Part shown: in pieces, positions 51,405-64,000 of the stretch | Numbering within the stretch: position 1 is the stretch's first letter | Layout: the number at the start of each line of letters is the position of its first letter | Assembly: GCF_006345805.1 (NCBI RefSeq) | Contig: NC_043001.1 | Location: forward strand, 130,386,001 to 130,450,000 | Origin: Octopus sinensis | Taxonomy: Eukaryota | Length of the DNA: 64,000 bases | Reading direction: 5' to 3' | The notes under the pieces: generated by a model | Told to the model about the DNA's origin: nothing | Database searches by the model: none | What the model saw: the letters and a program-made list of their open reading frames with translations, nothing else | Translations under genes and position numbers: made by a program

Positions 51405-51499
51405 GATGATGATGATTATATGATAACTGAATGATTAAGAAGCTCACTTTGCAGCCATGAGAATTCACTTCACATCATGAAAATGGAATAGAGTGTCAC

Positions 51500-52386
51500 T
51501 GTCCCTTAAAAATAAATACCAGTTAGGTACTGGGGTTGATGGTAATAACTTACCTATTCCCGAAAATTGCTGACCTTATGCCTAAAATCAGAAATTATTG
51601 TTATTATTATTATAAACCTAAGTACCAGTTGTGCACTGAGGGCAATGTAACTGACTAGCCCTCTCCTCCAATATTTCAGGTCTTGTGCCAATAGTAGAAA
51701 GGATTATCTTTATTATTTAAGGAGAGATTAGGCGGCAAACTGGCAGAATTGTTAGCATGCCAGGTGAAATGCATAGTGGTATTTCTTCTGTCGTTACGTT
51801 CTGAGTTCAAATTCTACTGAGGTCGACTTTGCTTTTCATCCTGTCAGGGTCAATAAATTAAGCACCAGTTGAGTACTCAGATTGATGTGAATGAGTGACC
51901 CCCTCCCCAGAAAATCCAGGCCTTGTATCTATAGTAGAAAGGATTATTTAAAGGGGAGATCAGGCAAAATTATTTAAAGGGGAGATCAGGTAAAATTTTA
52001 TCCATCTTTACATTCTGAGTTCAAATTAGGATGTGATGGACTTTTATCTTTTGTTCTTAAGGGGTTGATGAAATAACTACCAGTTAAGCATTGGGAGGAA
52101 AATATAATTGAAAAGCACCCTGCCTCATAATTTCTGGCTTTGTGCCTTTAGCAGAAAGCGTTGTTATTGTTAAGGTGGCGAGTTGGCAGAACTTTTAGCA
52201 TGCTGGGCAAAATAGTTAGTGGCATTTTGTCTGTCTTTACGTTCTGAGTTCAGATTCTGCCGAGGTCGACTTTGCCTTTCATCCTTTTAGGGTTGATAAA
52301 TTAAGTACCAGTGAAACACTGGGGTTGATGTGATTGGCTAGTCCATCCACACAAACTTCAGGCCTTGTGCCTTTAGTAGAAATGAA

Positions 52387-52439
<53 letters not shown>

Positions 52440-53075
52440 TATTATTATTATTATTATTTAGGCAGCGAGTTGGCAGAACCATTAGCACACTGGATGAAAT
52501 ACTTAGTGGTAATTCGCCTGTTGCTATATTCTGAGTTCAAATTCCACTGAGGTCAACGTTGCCTTTTATCCTTTCAGGGTTGATAAATTAAGTACCAGTG
52601 AAATACTGGGGTTGATGTAATCGACTAGTCCCCTCCACCAAAATTTCAGGCCTTGTGCCTATAGTAGAAAGGATTATTATTATTATTGCTATTATTTCAT
52701 CCTTTTGGGTGACAATAAATTAAATACCAATTGAGCCTCTAGGGTCAAAGTAATTAACTTAGCCCTTCCACCCCCAAAATTGCTGGCCTTGTGCCAAAAT
52801 TTGAAACAATTTTTATTATTATTATTATTATTAGGGTGGCAAGCTGGCAGAATCACTAGCATGCTGGGCAAAATACTTAGTGGTGTTTTGTCTGTCGCTA
52901 TGTTCTGAGTTCAAATACGGCCAAAGTTGACTTTGCTTTTCATTCTTTTGGGGTTGATAAAATGAGTACCAGCTGAGAAATGGGGTTGATGTAATCAACT
53001 ATCCCACTTCCCCAAAATCTCAGGCCTTGTGCCTATAGTAGAAAGGATTATTATTATCATTATTATTATTATTAT
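51500..53075 (+). mobile_element. Head-to-tail array of about eight family A SINE copies and fragments separated by (ATT)n
   Basis: Full copies near 51728, 52171, 52458 and 52832 plus partials, all on the plus strand. Confidence 0.88.
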
Positions 53076-53178
53076 TATTATTATTTGCCAGATCAGACTG
53101 GAGCCTGATGCAGCCTTCTGGCTTCACAGACCCCAGTTGAACCGTCCAACCCATGCTAGCATGGAAAGCGGACGCTAA

Positions 53179-53220
<42 letters not shown>

Positions 53221-55419
53221 AGCAATATTGTGTCAACAAAGAATTGGTCACTGAAATTACTTGTACATCAGTATTGGAAATAATACAAGTTCATTTCCTC
53301 CTAGACCCTTGCTGCTGCTGTTGTGGTAGCCTTTGCTTTCTATTTATCTATTCATTCATTTATTTATTTGTTCACTTATTTATCCATTTATAAATACCAG
53401 AACAGAAAGAAGAAGACAGCAACCTGCCAAATGGCATGACCAAAACATCCAAGTAACCTTTAGACATAAGAAAAACAGAGTGGAGATTTGAGGAAAGTCT
53501 AAAGCTAATTACAAAGTTTTTAATACATTAAATCTTCCAAATTGAGCACTTAAAAGTTAGAAACATCGTTATGTTCTCTGATGAGAAGAGGATATATATC
53601 TTATTCGTAATCAGTTCGATCAAATCAGGCAGTGATTGCCATTTCTAGAGACATCTTAATGAACGCTAGTCTTAAATGAGATAATTACATTTTCAAAACA
53701 AATTCTTGGTGCTTTCAGGGTATTTGTTCCAACCCATTCTTTTGAAATCCTTTCTAAAGAAAAAGCAATCCTGTTTCATATCAAAACAACAGCAGAAACC
53801 ATTTATATATTTATTTATTTATATATTTATATATTTATTTATGTATTTATTCATTTATTTATTTTATTCATGGGTTGTAAGTTGTTTGTTTGTTTGTTTG
53901 TTTTTACATTGTTGTTTTCTTTTAAAATTTATTTTCATCTTTAATCCATCTACCTGTTTATTTTTGGTGTTGTTTCTTCTCATTTAATAAAAGGTCGCGT
54001 TTCCCAAAATCTGAAATGTATAGCTTGGTTGGTAATGATAGCAAAAGCAACGATGACGACAACAACGATGATGATGATGAAGTCAATTTCGTTAGTGATA
54101 GTGGTGGTGGTGGTGGTTACTTAGAAAGACAAGAGAAAGGGAAAGTAGAAGATGACGAGGCAGAGGTAGAAGAGAGAAGAAAGAAAGAAGGAAAAACACT
54201 GCAGCATGCCTCATCAGTTTTCTTCCGCTAATCAGCTTTAAGCTCAGCACTTTTGTACATTTTAACCACTTACTTTGGTCTAGGTTCTTTGTAATCAAAT
54301 TACTCACAAAACAACTGTTTTAATTCCAGCAACAACCGTTAAGAACTTGCAACCAAAACCTGAAATGTGTTTTGTAGTTTATAAGTAAATTGGATGTCGG
54401 ATGTCAATATCTAAGGGAATTGAAAGAAGAGGGAAACAAAGATGCAGAGATTTAAACAGAAAGAGTGAGATAAAGAGAGCGAGAGAGAGAGAGAGAAGGA
54501 GAAAGAGAGAAAGCCATCTCTTGAATATATTGCATTGGTTTACCTTTGCTCTTGTTGGAATTCCTCCTAGCAGTAGTTGAACCATTTCATTTAAATCTAA
54601 TCTATGCTCCATACTTAAGAGTTAGAAACTGTATTGTTGTTAGCGTTATTATTATTGCTGTTGTTGTTGTTGTTGTTATTGTTGTTAGTCTTTTCTATTG
54701 ATTTTTCTGTATATTTCTCCTTGTCTTTTTTTTCTGTTTTTATTTATTGTATTGCATTTCGTTTCCTTTTTCTTTATTTTTTTTCTGTTTTTCTTTCTTT
54801 AAGGCAATCCTTTAAAAATTATGTTAAGTGAAGTCAGACAAAATTATCATGACAAAACGAAAGACAAAGATAAAAAAACACAAAACAAAAACTAGAAACA
54901 GACAAACAAGAAATCTATAAACTCTTACGTAAAGATAATGATTTCTTTGCACCAGTGAAAAGATAAAAGATTCTACAACACGTGTGTTATCAATTTAATC
55001 AACTCACCCCAGTGCATGACTGGTACTGGTTTCATGAGCACTCATCCACAGCCTCAGCTCATGTAAAGTAAGGTTACTTTCATGAGTCATGCTGACTCAA
55101 AAGGCTCAGTTTCCTGGCTGCCGTGGCTTATAAATTCCCCACCGGGATAGGACACTAATCCATCACTGGGTTAATAATTTTTGCCAAGTGAGTGGACTGA
55201 AGGATTGTGAAATGAAATGTTTTGCTTAAGGACACAACACATCACCCAGTCCAGGAATCGAAATCACAATCTTACAACCATGAGTCCAACACCCTAACCA
55301 CTAAGACATGTGCCTCGACTTTGTTCATTGTAGAAGTACAACCAAATTGTTGCACATAAATTTTAACAATAAAATTTTATATGGCCTCTAGATGAAAAAC
55401 ACTGATCTAGAACATATAT

Positions 55420-55460
<41 letters not shown>

Positions 55461-55470
55461 TATAATATAT

Positions 55471-55586
<116 letters not shown>

Positions 55587-56767
55587 ATACATATAAATGT
55601 ATAATGATGGACTCTCCCATCGTTAAATGACGTATGAGGGTTGAACAATGTCTTACTAAAGAACTACACAGATGATTTATTTATAGGGATCAAATGTTTG
55701 TGTAGACATAAGCTCACTCCCTCCATCAAACTGACATTACCTGTAGAGGTGCAATTGGGTGCCACATCTCAGATGTCAAAAATGACCGCAGAGCAGCATG
55801 AAATGAAGTGCTTTGCCCAGTCCAGGAATCAAAGCCCACAATCTTACAATTATGCGTCTAACACACTAACCACTAAGCCACGCATCTCAGCTCATGACTT
55901 ACAAATGAAAGGCAAACCTAGCCAAAGTCTCCTCTTGTGTCATTTGAACTCAGAACAAAAGTTAGTTATTGTGTGGCATCCTGATTCTGCTAAACACTAT
56001 CTTCATAGACTATTAGCAAGACTCACCAGTAATGTTTCCTCACCCTTTGTTAGTCTGACCCAGGAGTCCTCAACAATATTTTTCCAATGGACCCTTTTTG
56101 ATTCCTATTTTAATCAGATGAACCTCCCTAGTCACTAAATGTTTATATTATATTTTATTCTTGGAGCTAGAATACAACATGAATGCATAGGTATGGATGT
56201 ACGGTTGAAAAGTTCTCTTCCCAAGCACATAGTTTTAGGTTCACATGCATTTTATCTCTTAACTTGCTTGTTCTGCCTGAGCAGGACATTGATGACTAAA
56301 TTAGTTTTTGCTTGCAGAAGGGTTCTGCTTGAGGTCCCTTATCAACCATGATCACCTTAAGCTGGTTTCAGCTGCCATGTCTATCTCCTTGGTGGCTTTT
56401 TCCTGTTCTCTCAGTTTCAGATACACCTTCTACAGGAAATAGTACACTGATCCAGTGGTAAAGCTGTGGCAGCCAACTTCAATCAGAAATGAGACCATCA
56501 ATCAATTCTAATAATTCTAATAATTAAGGAAGCTAAATTAGTTTAGATAGCACTGCTTTTTCTCCAGTAAAATGCTGTACTTTTTATTGTCATTTATGTA
56601 GTTTAGCACCAAGTCAGCTCTGATAGAGTGCATTTATTATCATAAGCATTCAGAAAGTAACTATCCCATATTTTTGTTTCTCTAGGACAACATTAGCTAA
56701 ATCTACAATCAAGTTTAATTTACATATTCAGTGTTTGCTGATATCTGTAGGTTTATTCTGAAGTGCA

Positions 56768-57155
56768 GAGGCACAATGGCCCAGTGGTTAGGGCAGCGGA
56801 CTCGCAGTCGTAGGATCGCGGTTTCGATTGCCAGACCGGGTGTCGTGAGTGTTTATTGAGCGAAAACACCTAAAGCTCCACGAGGCTCCGGCAGGGATGG
56901 TGGTGATCCCTGCTGTACTCTTTCACCACAACTTTCTCTCACTCTTACTTCCTGTTTCTGTTGTGCCTGTATTTCAAAGGGCCAGCCTTGTCACTCTCTG
57001 TGTCACGCTGAATATCCCTGAGAACTGCGTTAAGGGTACACGTGTCTGTGGAGTGCTCAGCCACTTACACGTTAATTTCATGAGCAGGCTGTTCCGTTGA
57101 TTCGGATCAACCGGAACCCTCGTCATCGTAACCGACGGAGTGCTTCCACCATCCC
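56768..57155 (+). mobile_element. SINE family D
   Basis: 13-bp TSD ATTCTGAAGTGCA (56755-56767 / 57156-57168). Confidence 0.93.
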
Positions 57156-57801
57156 ATTCTGAAGTGCATTATCAGCATCATCATCAACAGCAGCAGTAGC
57201 AGCATTTGAAATCTGTGTTTCATGCTGACATGGGTTGAATGGTTTGGCAAGAATCCAGTGACCCAGGGCTCCAGTGTATTTTTTGTATTTTATTGACTTA
57301 TGTAAGAGGTTTATTGCCTCAAAAGGTTTTTTATATAGCAAAAATGTAAGTGGTTTATTGCCTCATTAATGTGTTTTTTTTTTTTTGAACTGTGTAAGAG
57401 GTTTATCGCCTCGTGTGATACTTTAAAAGAACAATGTTTTAGAGAAGCAAAAGTCAGTGGGCGCTGTTCGTCTTCTCCCATCCTTATCATCCTTGTATCA
57501 TTAACATTCATCTCATTAATGTCTCTGTCCAGCCCGCAAGCTTCCTTACTCTATGTACTACCTTTATGGCAAATTTAACAAAATAAAGGATCCAGTGACC
57601 CAAGGACTGCATTGTACTCTTGTGTCTGCTTTGGCATGGTTTCTGTGGTTGCATGCCCTTCCTAATGCCAACCACTTTACTGTGTGTATAGGCTGCTATT
57701 TTCATAACACTGGCACAATTGAGGCTACCATGTAACTCAAAAATCAATAGGCCCAGGGAGGGAAGATGTTACCTCTGTATGTTAGATTGGGGTTAAGGTA
57801 T

Positions 57802-58068
57802 TAAGGCAGCAAGCTGGCAAGGCAGCAAGCTGGCAAGGCAGCAAGCTGGCAGAAACGTTAGCATGCCGGGCGAAATGCTTAGCGGTATTTCGTCTGCTGT
57901 TACGTTCCGAGTTCAAATTCCGCTGAGGTCGACTTTGCCTTTCATCCTTTTGGGGTCGATTAAATAAGTACCAGTTACGCACTGGGGTTGATATAATGGA
58001 CTTAATCCCTTTGTCTGTCCTTGTTTGTCCTCTCTGTGTTTAGCCCCTTGTGGGTAGTAAAAAAATAG
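57802..58068 (+). mobile_element. SINE family A with a triplicated 5' 16-mer
   Basis: (AGGCAGCAAGCTGGCA)3 precedes a normal body. Confidence 0.9.
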
Positions 58069-58689
58069 GTATGAGGGTGGAGGTTGGAATAGAACAGGTT
58101 CTTGTAGAGAAGCTACATGGTTACTCAACTTTAGGAGAGAGAGTGAGAACAGATTGGAGATATTGCCAGGGAAGTACCTCAATCCATTTGAGAAGATAAT
58201 GCATAATCATAGTTATGATAATGCATTATCTGTATAGTTAGTGATAATTATGCTCAATAATTAACATATGATTGTAAGCATAATTAACCTAATGACTTAT
58301 GTTATATCTCTGAATAATACTGATTTTCTATCAGTTTCAAAGAAAAGCTTTTGGTTAGTCGTTCAACTGACTGAATTACTACTCATGAGATTAACATGTA
58401 AATGGTTGAGTATTCCAAAAACATCCATAACCTTAATGCAAATCTCAGATTTAATCAGCATGACTCGAAGCAACAAAGCTACACCTTTGAATTACAGATA
58501 TAATTTGGGGAGAAAAAGAGAAAGTGGGAGAAGCATGATTCCAAATAGTACACTGGTAATTTATTTATCAACTTCAAATGAATCAAATGAAAAGTTGGTC
58601 TCTGTGGGATTTGAACTTAGAACGCAAAGAACTGGAATATCACAATGCTTTCTATCCACCACTCAAGCAATTCTGCTAGTTCACCTCCT

Positions 58690-59276
58690 TATATAATATA
58701 TTTGATATGTCATAAATTTATTATTAATATCATATCATTTATAATTAATAATATTTTTTGCAATAACATAATCAGTATCATATTATTATTTTATATACTT
58801 AATATATAGTATGGCATAATATAATTTATATCATATCATTGTGTGAAATAATTGTATGTAACATTATATTATTAAATTATATAGAATTATAATTAATGTG
58901 TATCACTGAGTAACATGACAAAGATCATATTACTGTTTAACATAACTTAATCTATCACAGTGAAAATAATATATTATGTCATATAATTAGTATTATATTA
59001 TGAGAAATTATAAATAATATCACATCACTGTATGACTAATAACTTTGCATAATATAATATTTGATATCAGTGTAATGTAATTAATATATCTGTAATATAT
59101 TATTGGGTAATGTAATTAGCGTTAGTTAAATTATGGGGAAATGTGATCGATATAATATCTCTGTGAAATATAATTAATATCTTATCGTTATGATATATAA
59201 TTAAATAACACATCACTATGTTATACATACATACATACACACATATATATATACATATATATATATACGTATATAT

Positions 59277-59314
<38 letters not shown>

Positions 59315-59490
59315 TATATATATATGTATGTATTAGTAATTATTATTATTATTATGATTATTATTATTATTATTATATTATGAGAAAAATGTAATCAACA
59401 ATATCACAGTGGCATATAATGAGTGGTATCATAACATTGTGAGAAATAATTTATATCATTATTGTGTATTATAATTGCTAATGAAGGCAC
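58690..59490. repeat. Very AT-rich degenerate repeat with recurring ATATCAyWGTG motif
   Basis: Recurring motif seen by eye; period irregular. Confidence 0.45.
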
Positions 59491-59877
59491 AGTAAAATAT
59501 ATAGTTCAGGAGTACACACTGCAGCCATACCGTCCCAAGTTCAATTCCACTACAAAGCGTCTTGACAAATGTCATTTCTTTAATCTCAGATCAGTTTATA
59601 TTTTATGAATGAAATTGGGAAGATGGAAACTGTAATGAAACCTGTCAGGTGTACTAAGCCTGTAATCCAAAAGGTACAAACCTGTTACACACAGTCTCAG
59701 GCTAGTTCTGTATAAGAATTACATTAAGGGTATGCATGTCTGTAGAATACTCAGCTACTCACATGCTAATTCAAGAACATGTAATCCAGTTGAGTGAGCT
59801 ACAATTATTAAATAACAGAGATCCACCATGCCACCACTACCAACATAATTGCAAATGTGCATTGTATCAGAGAGAAA

Positions 59878-60256
59878 TCTTTATATATAAAAGTAAGGTT
59901 GTGTGTCTGTCTCCTACAATTTAGATCCCTAACTACTCCCACATTTTGCGGTGCAGTTTATAGTCGTGATTCATATCGAGCCCTTCTGGGTATTAGCGCG
60001 CGTCTACGATGAGTCTACGATTTAAAAAAAAATTTACCATCATTTTTTCCCATTTTAATGCATTTTTTCGCTATTATATAAGGGAAGTAACTCTCTAAAA
60101 ATGTCTACGATGAATGAAACGATTTAAAAAAAAGTTACCATAATTTTTTTTCCATTTTTAATGCATTTTTTTGCTATTTTTTGGCTATAATTCTCTAAAA
60201 ATGCTTATATAGTTATTTCCCTTACAAACCCGAGCAACGCCGGGTGATACTGCTAG
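59878..60256 (+). mobile_element. Non-autonomous Helitron
   Basis: A|TC start, CTAG|T end, CCCG(60229-32)/CGGG(60241-44) hairpin; same family as 9889-10284. Confidence 0.9.
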
Positions 60257-60844
60257 TATAATTATAAAAGATGTTTCTTTAATTAAGAAGCTTGCTTTGT
60301 AACCAGGCAGTCTTTTCAGTTTTACTGTATGGTATTTTGGGCAAGTGTCTTCGACTATTGCCTCAGGATGACCAATGCCTCATGAGTGGAATTGGTAGAA
60401 ATAAACTGCATGAACCTGTTGCAGGTTAAATCCAGAAAATCATTGGCTGCATGAGATTATCTCCCTTCCTCATTCTGATCCAATTACAATTGCAGCTGTG
60501 TAGTCACACGGCAAAACTGTTGGACATTAATTCCACACAGAGCTTATGAGAAAGAACAGTTCCACCATCACATTGTTATAGGGTCTGGAAATCTAAGGAG
60601 GGACCCTCATGAATTTTTGACAGGCTTGGAAGATCCATCTTCTTTCAGAGTAGGAGGGATAGAGAGCAGAAAGCATCTGTCTGACTTGCAGAATTTTTCT
60701 CAGAGGCACACACCAAATTTTTGACCTCAGTCACTCAACAAACTGGCAGACATTAGACACGCACCAAACTACCGGACCTCAATCACATGACCCATATTTT
60801 ATTCTATTTTCACTGTTTTGAGTTCATCACCAATTAAAATACCT

Positions 60845-61075
60845 ATTTCTTTATTAACCACAAGGGGCTAAACATAGAGGAGACAAACAAGGACAGACAT
60901 AGGTATTAAGTCGATTACATCGACCCCAGTGTGTAACTGGTACTTAAATTATCGACCCCGAAAGGGTGAAAGGCAAAGTCAACCTCGGCGGAATTTGAAC
61001 TCAGAACGTAACGGCAGACGAAATACCGCTAAGCATTTCGCCCAGTGTGCTAACGTTTCTGCCAGCTCACCGCCA
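60845..61075 (-). mobile_element. SINE family A
   Basis: Reverse complement of 11157-11389. Confidence 0.9.
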
Positions 61076-61134
61076 ATTAAAATACCATGGACCTGTATGT
61101 TTGACTGTGGTTTTGGAATTCATCCACCCTTAGG

Positions 61135-61452
61135 TCTATCCACAGTTGTTGTATGTTTCTTCTCAAGCTATGCCTGGCTCATAACGGCCAGTTTCCTGGT
61201 TTCATTGGCGTATAGGTTCCCAACCTGGATTGGACACCGGTCCGTCAAAGGTGAGCTGCTAGATGCAGGAGGAAAGAGTGAGAGAAAGTTGTAGCAAAAG
61301 AGTCAGCAGAAGTCTGCCATTACCTTCTGCCAGATGCACATGGAACTTAGGTGTTTTACTCATAAACATACACTTTGCCCGGTCTGAGATTCAAACTTGT
61401 GATCTCTCGACTGTGAGTCCACTGCTCTAACCATTAGGCCGTGTGCCTCCAC
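61135..61452 (-). mobile_element. Old diverged relative of SINE family D
   Basis: GAGAGAAAGTTGTAG, AGGTGTTTTACTC and CACTGCTCTAACCATT match family D in reverse. Confidence 0.6.
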
Positions 61453-61624
61453 CTCTCTACAATAGTCATTCATATTTTCCCAATGAGCATTCATATTGTA
61501 AATCACTGTTTCTCAATCATTTTTTACTTATGGACCCCTTTTGATTCCTGTTTTACTCGTGTGGATCCTCATAACTATTCAGTGTTAAAAAAAATCATGT
61601 ATTTTTATAATTAAATATTATTAG

Positions 61625-62030
61625 CAATTGTATACTCTTTTACTCTTTTTACTCTTTTACTTGTTTCAGTCATTTGACAGTGGCCCTGCTGGAGCACTGC
61701 CTTTAGTCAAAGAAATTGACCCCAGGACTTATTCTTTGTAAGCCTAGTACTTATTCTATCGGTCTCTTTTGCCAAACCACTAAGTTACAGGGATGTAAAC
61801 ACACCAGCATCGGTTGTCAAGTGATGTTGGCGGACAAACACAGATAAACAAACATACACACACACACACACACACACATGATGGGCTTCTTTCAGCTTCC
61901 ATCTAAAAAGCCACTCACAAGGCTTTGGTCAGCTTGAGGCTATAGTAGAAGACACTTGCCCAAGGTGCCATGCAGTGGGAGTGAACCTGGACCCATACGG
62001 TTGGTAAGCAAACTAGTTACCACACAGCCT
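61625..62030 (-). mobile_element. SINE family B
   Basis: Reverse complement of the family B reference copy. Confidence 0.88.
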
Positions 62031-62079
62031 ATATATATAGTAGTTGTCTACTCCTTATGCAGAGTCTGATCACTACTTG

Positions 62080-62475
62080 TACCTACACCTTAGAACCATC
62101 ATGGCATCTGATGTGTTTCTTTTTTAAACCAGACATTTTGAAAAGACACCCACATAGATTGCGTATCCAATTTGAAGCACCAAGTTCTGTTAAGTCCTGA
62201 TCTTTGAGGATCTTAAAATGTTTTTGAAGCCTCCATTAGATTTGCAGAACCTCTTGCACACATTGCATTGAAAGGTGGAAAGGTGTGCACAGACATATAG
62301 GTAGAATAGTTGCTGTAAGTTCATTTTCCTTGGGCTCACAAATGAGATTTGAAAGGCATGGTCTGTCACAAATTGTGCACACAAAAAGGGTCATTGCGAT
62401 TGAGCTTCTTGATAATAACATTCTTCTTTAAATCTCTCGAGTCTTGCATGTGTTATTCTGGCTGCTTCAAATGCT
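62080..62475 (-). mobile_element. Degenerate RTE-like ORF C-terminus with three tandem C2H2-like fingers
   Basis: VEAFEAARITHARL..., FVCTICDRPCLSN, FQCNVCKRFCKSNGGFK, WIRNLCGCLFKMSGLKKKHIRCH; frameshifted. Confidence 0.6.
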
Positions 62476-62999
62476 TCCACTCCACTAAACACTGGGCTTC
62501 TTTTAGATTTCTGTCTACCAAATCCACTCAGGACTTTGCCCAGCCTTGTTCAGTGGGACTGAACCCAGAACAATATGGTTGGGAAGCAAGCTTCTTACCA
62601 CTCAGTCACGCCCGCGCCTATGCTTTAGAAGCATATTTTAAGAAAACTTGTAACAGTAAATAATAGTAGTTTTTATCTTGACTGAGATCATTTAATGTCA
62701 TCCAAAGAATTATACTGAAACTTAAGAATTTAATAGCTTTGATAGTTTGACAGTTCTTGGACACTTGCAATTATTCCCAGACATATAACAAGTATTATTC
62801 ATGAGATGGAGAGGGAGTTGCATCTTAATTTTAACCCCCTCACAATAAAACAGAAAATGAAAAAGCTAAAGAAGGAATTTTTATTGTTTCCCATACGTCG
62901 CAGGACATGTTTATGTGTATGTACACTAAGGAAAATAGAAACAAATAAACTCATAGACACATAATCACATACGTAAACACACACACACGTGTTTATATA

Positions 63000-63537
63000 C
63001 ATATATTAATATATATATATATAATATATTATATATAATTATATACAACATAAATACATACTACATATCAATATATACATAGACACACATATGTATATAT
63101 ATATATGTGTGTGTGTGTACAATAGTATATATGCATATATTCATAACCATACAGATGTATAAACAAAATCTTTACCCAAAATTTATATATATAGATATAG
63201 GAGGAGAGAGAAAGAAGGAGGGAGAAAGAGAGTGTGAGGAAAAGTAAGAAAGAAAGGAGAGAGAAAAATGCATGGATATAGACTTACATACAAACACATA
63301 TACACACACGAACACGTATCTATATATGCATACAACTTCTTCAGTGTTGCATTTTATAGGTCTCTTTTGACTTAAAAATTTAATATAAAGTGGTCCAGGC
63401 AAATTTAATAGAATGATGTCCAAAATGTAACAACAGCAATACATATACATATATATACACCACACACATACATGAAGATATATGTAATGTGTGTCTGTGT
63501 GTGATATATATATGTAAAAGATATATATACATACATA

Positions 63538-63581
<44 letters not shown>

Positions 63582-63597
63582 GATTATATATACATAC

Positions 63598-63644
<47 letters not shown>

Positions 63645-63875
63645 ATATATAAAAGATATATATACATACATATATATGTATATATATGTGTATAATTATA
63701 TATATATATATATATCTATATATATAATAATACACACACTGAAGTATTTCATGATTACCCTTTATTTTTTGCTAAATTTCATTTATTTTTTCACTTTAAT
63801 TTTTTTTACATATTTTGCATAGCGTAATGTAGGAGTTATTTTTATTAGTAATAAATAAAATATTATTACTGTTAC

Positions 63876-63932
<57 letters not shown>

Positions 63933-63975
63933 TGTCATCATCATCTGCAGCAGCAGCAGCAGTAGTAGTAGTAGC
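63000..63975. repeat. (TA)n, (ATT)n and (GCA/GTA)n microsatellites
   Basis: Direct inspection. Confidence 0.9.
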
Positions 63976-64000
63976 ACATATTCTTCTTGATATAAAAGTT

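Noticed and set aside
51500-53075. CRISPR-like repeat-spacer array
   Set aside because: Eukaryotic context; the units are ~200-bp diverged SINEs separated by microsatellite, and there are no cas genes
53560-53620. CUGAUGA with an upstream GAAAC as a hammerhead
   Set aside because: No downstream GAAA in type I order, and stems I/II do not pair in type II order
62190-62421. Host C2H2 zinc-finger gene
   Set aside because: Frameshifted, lacks TGEKP linkers and is preceded by an RTE-like FE..R motif; treated as a LINE remnant

Overview
AT-rich eukaryotic DNA saturated with microsatellites and retroposons. It is most likely a coleoid cephalopod (octopus) intron or intergenic region, inferred from the repeat landscape. 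No host protein-coding exon could be identified with confidence, and nearly all listed ORFs are low-complexity microsatellite translations. Recognisable content: at least four tRNA-headed SINE families; many RTE 3'-end copies with (GAT)n tails; CR1-group and RTE LINE fragments; a decayed piggyBac transposase carrying two nested SINEs; an internally deleted mariner; two non-autonomous Helitrons; piggyBac-type, hAT-type and fold-back MITEs; and a 281-bp higher-order repeat built from (CCA)n. Most notable: (i) four unrelated small repeats that each carry a type I hammerhead-ribozyme-like fold, namely a near-canonical one at 6020-6135, minimal palindromic-stem-III variants at 28474-28511 and 29525-29566, and a degenerate one at about 50221; the 29.5 kb element is a 356-bp unit with terminal redundancy plus a target-site duplication, as expected for a retrozyme or Penelope-like element; (ii) a unique 34-bp hairpin with pri-miRNA geometry at 15168-15263; (iii) a CR1-group LINE 3' end and a SINE tail that share sequence and a covarying stem-loop. 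All folds and alignments were done by eye.
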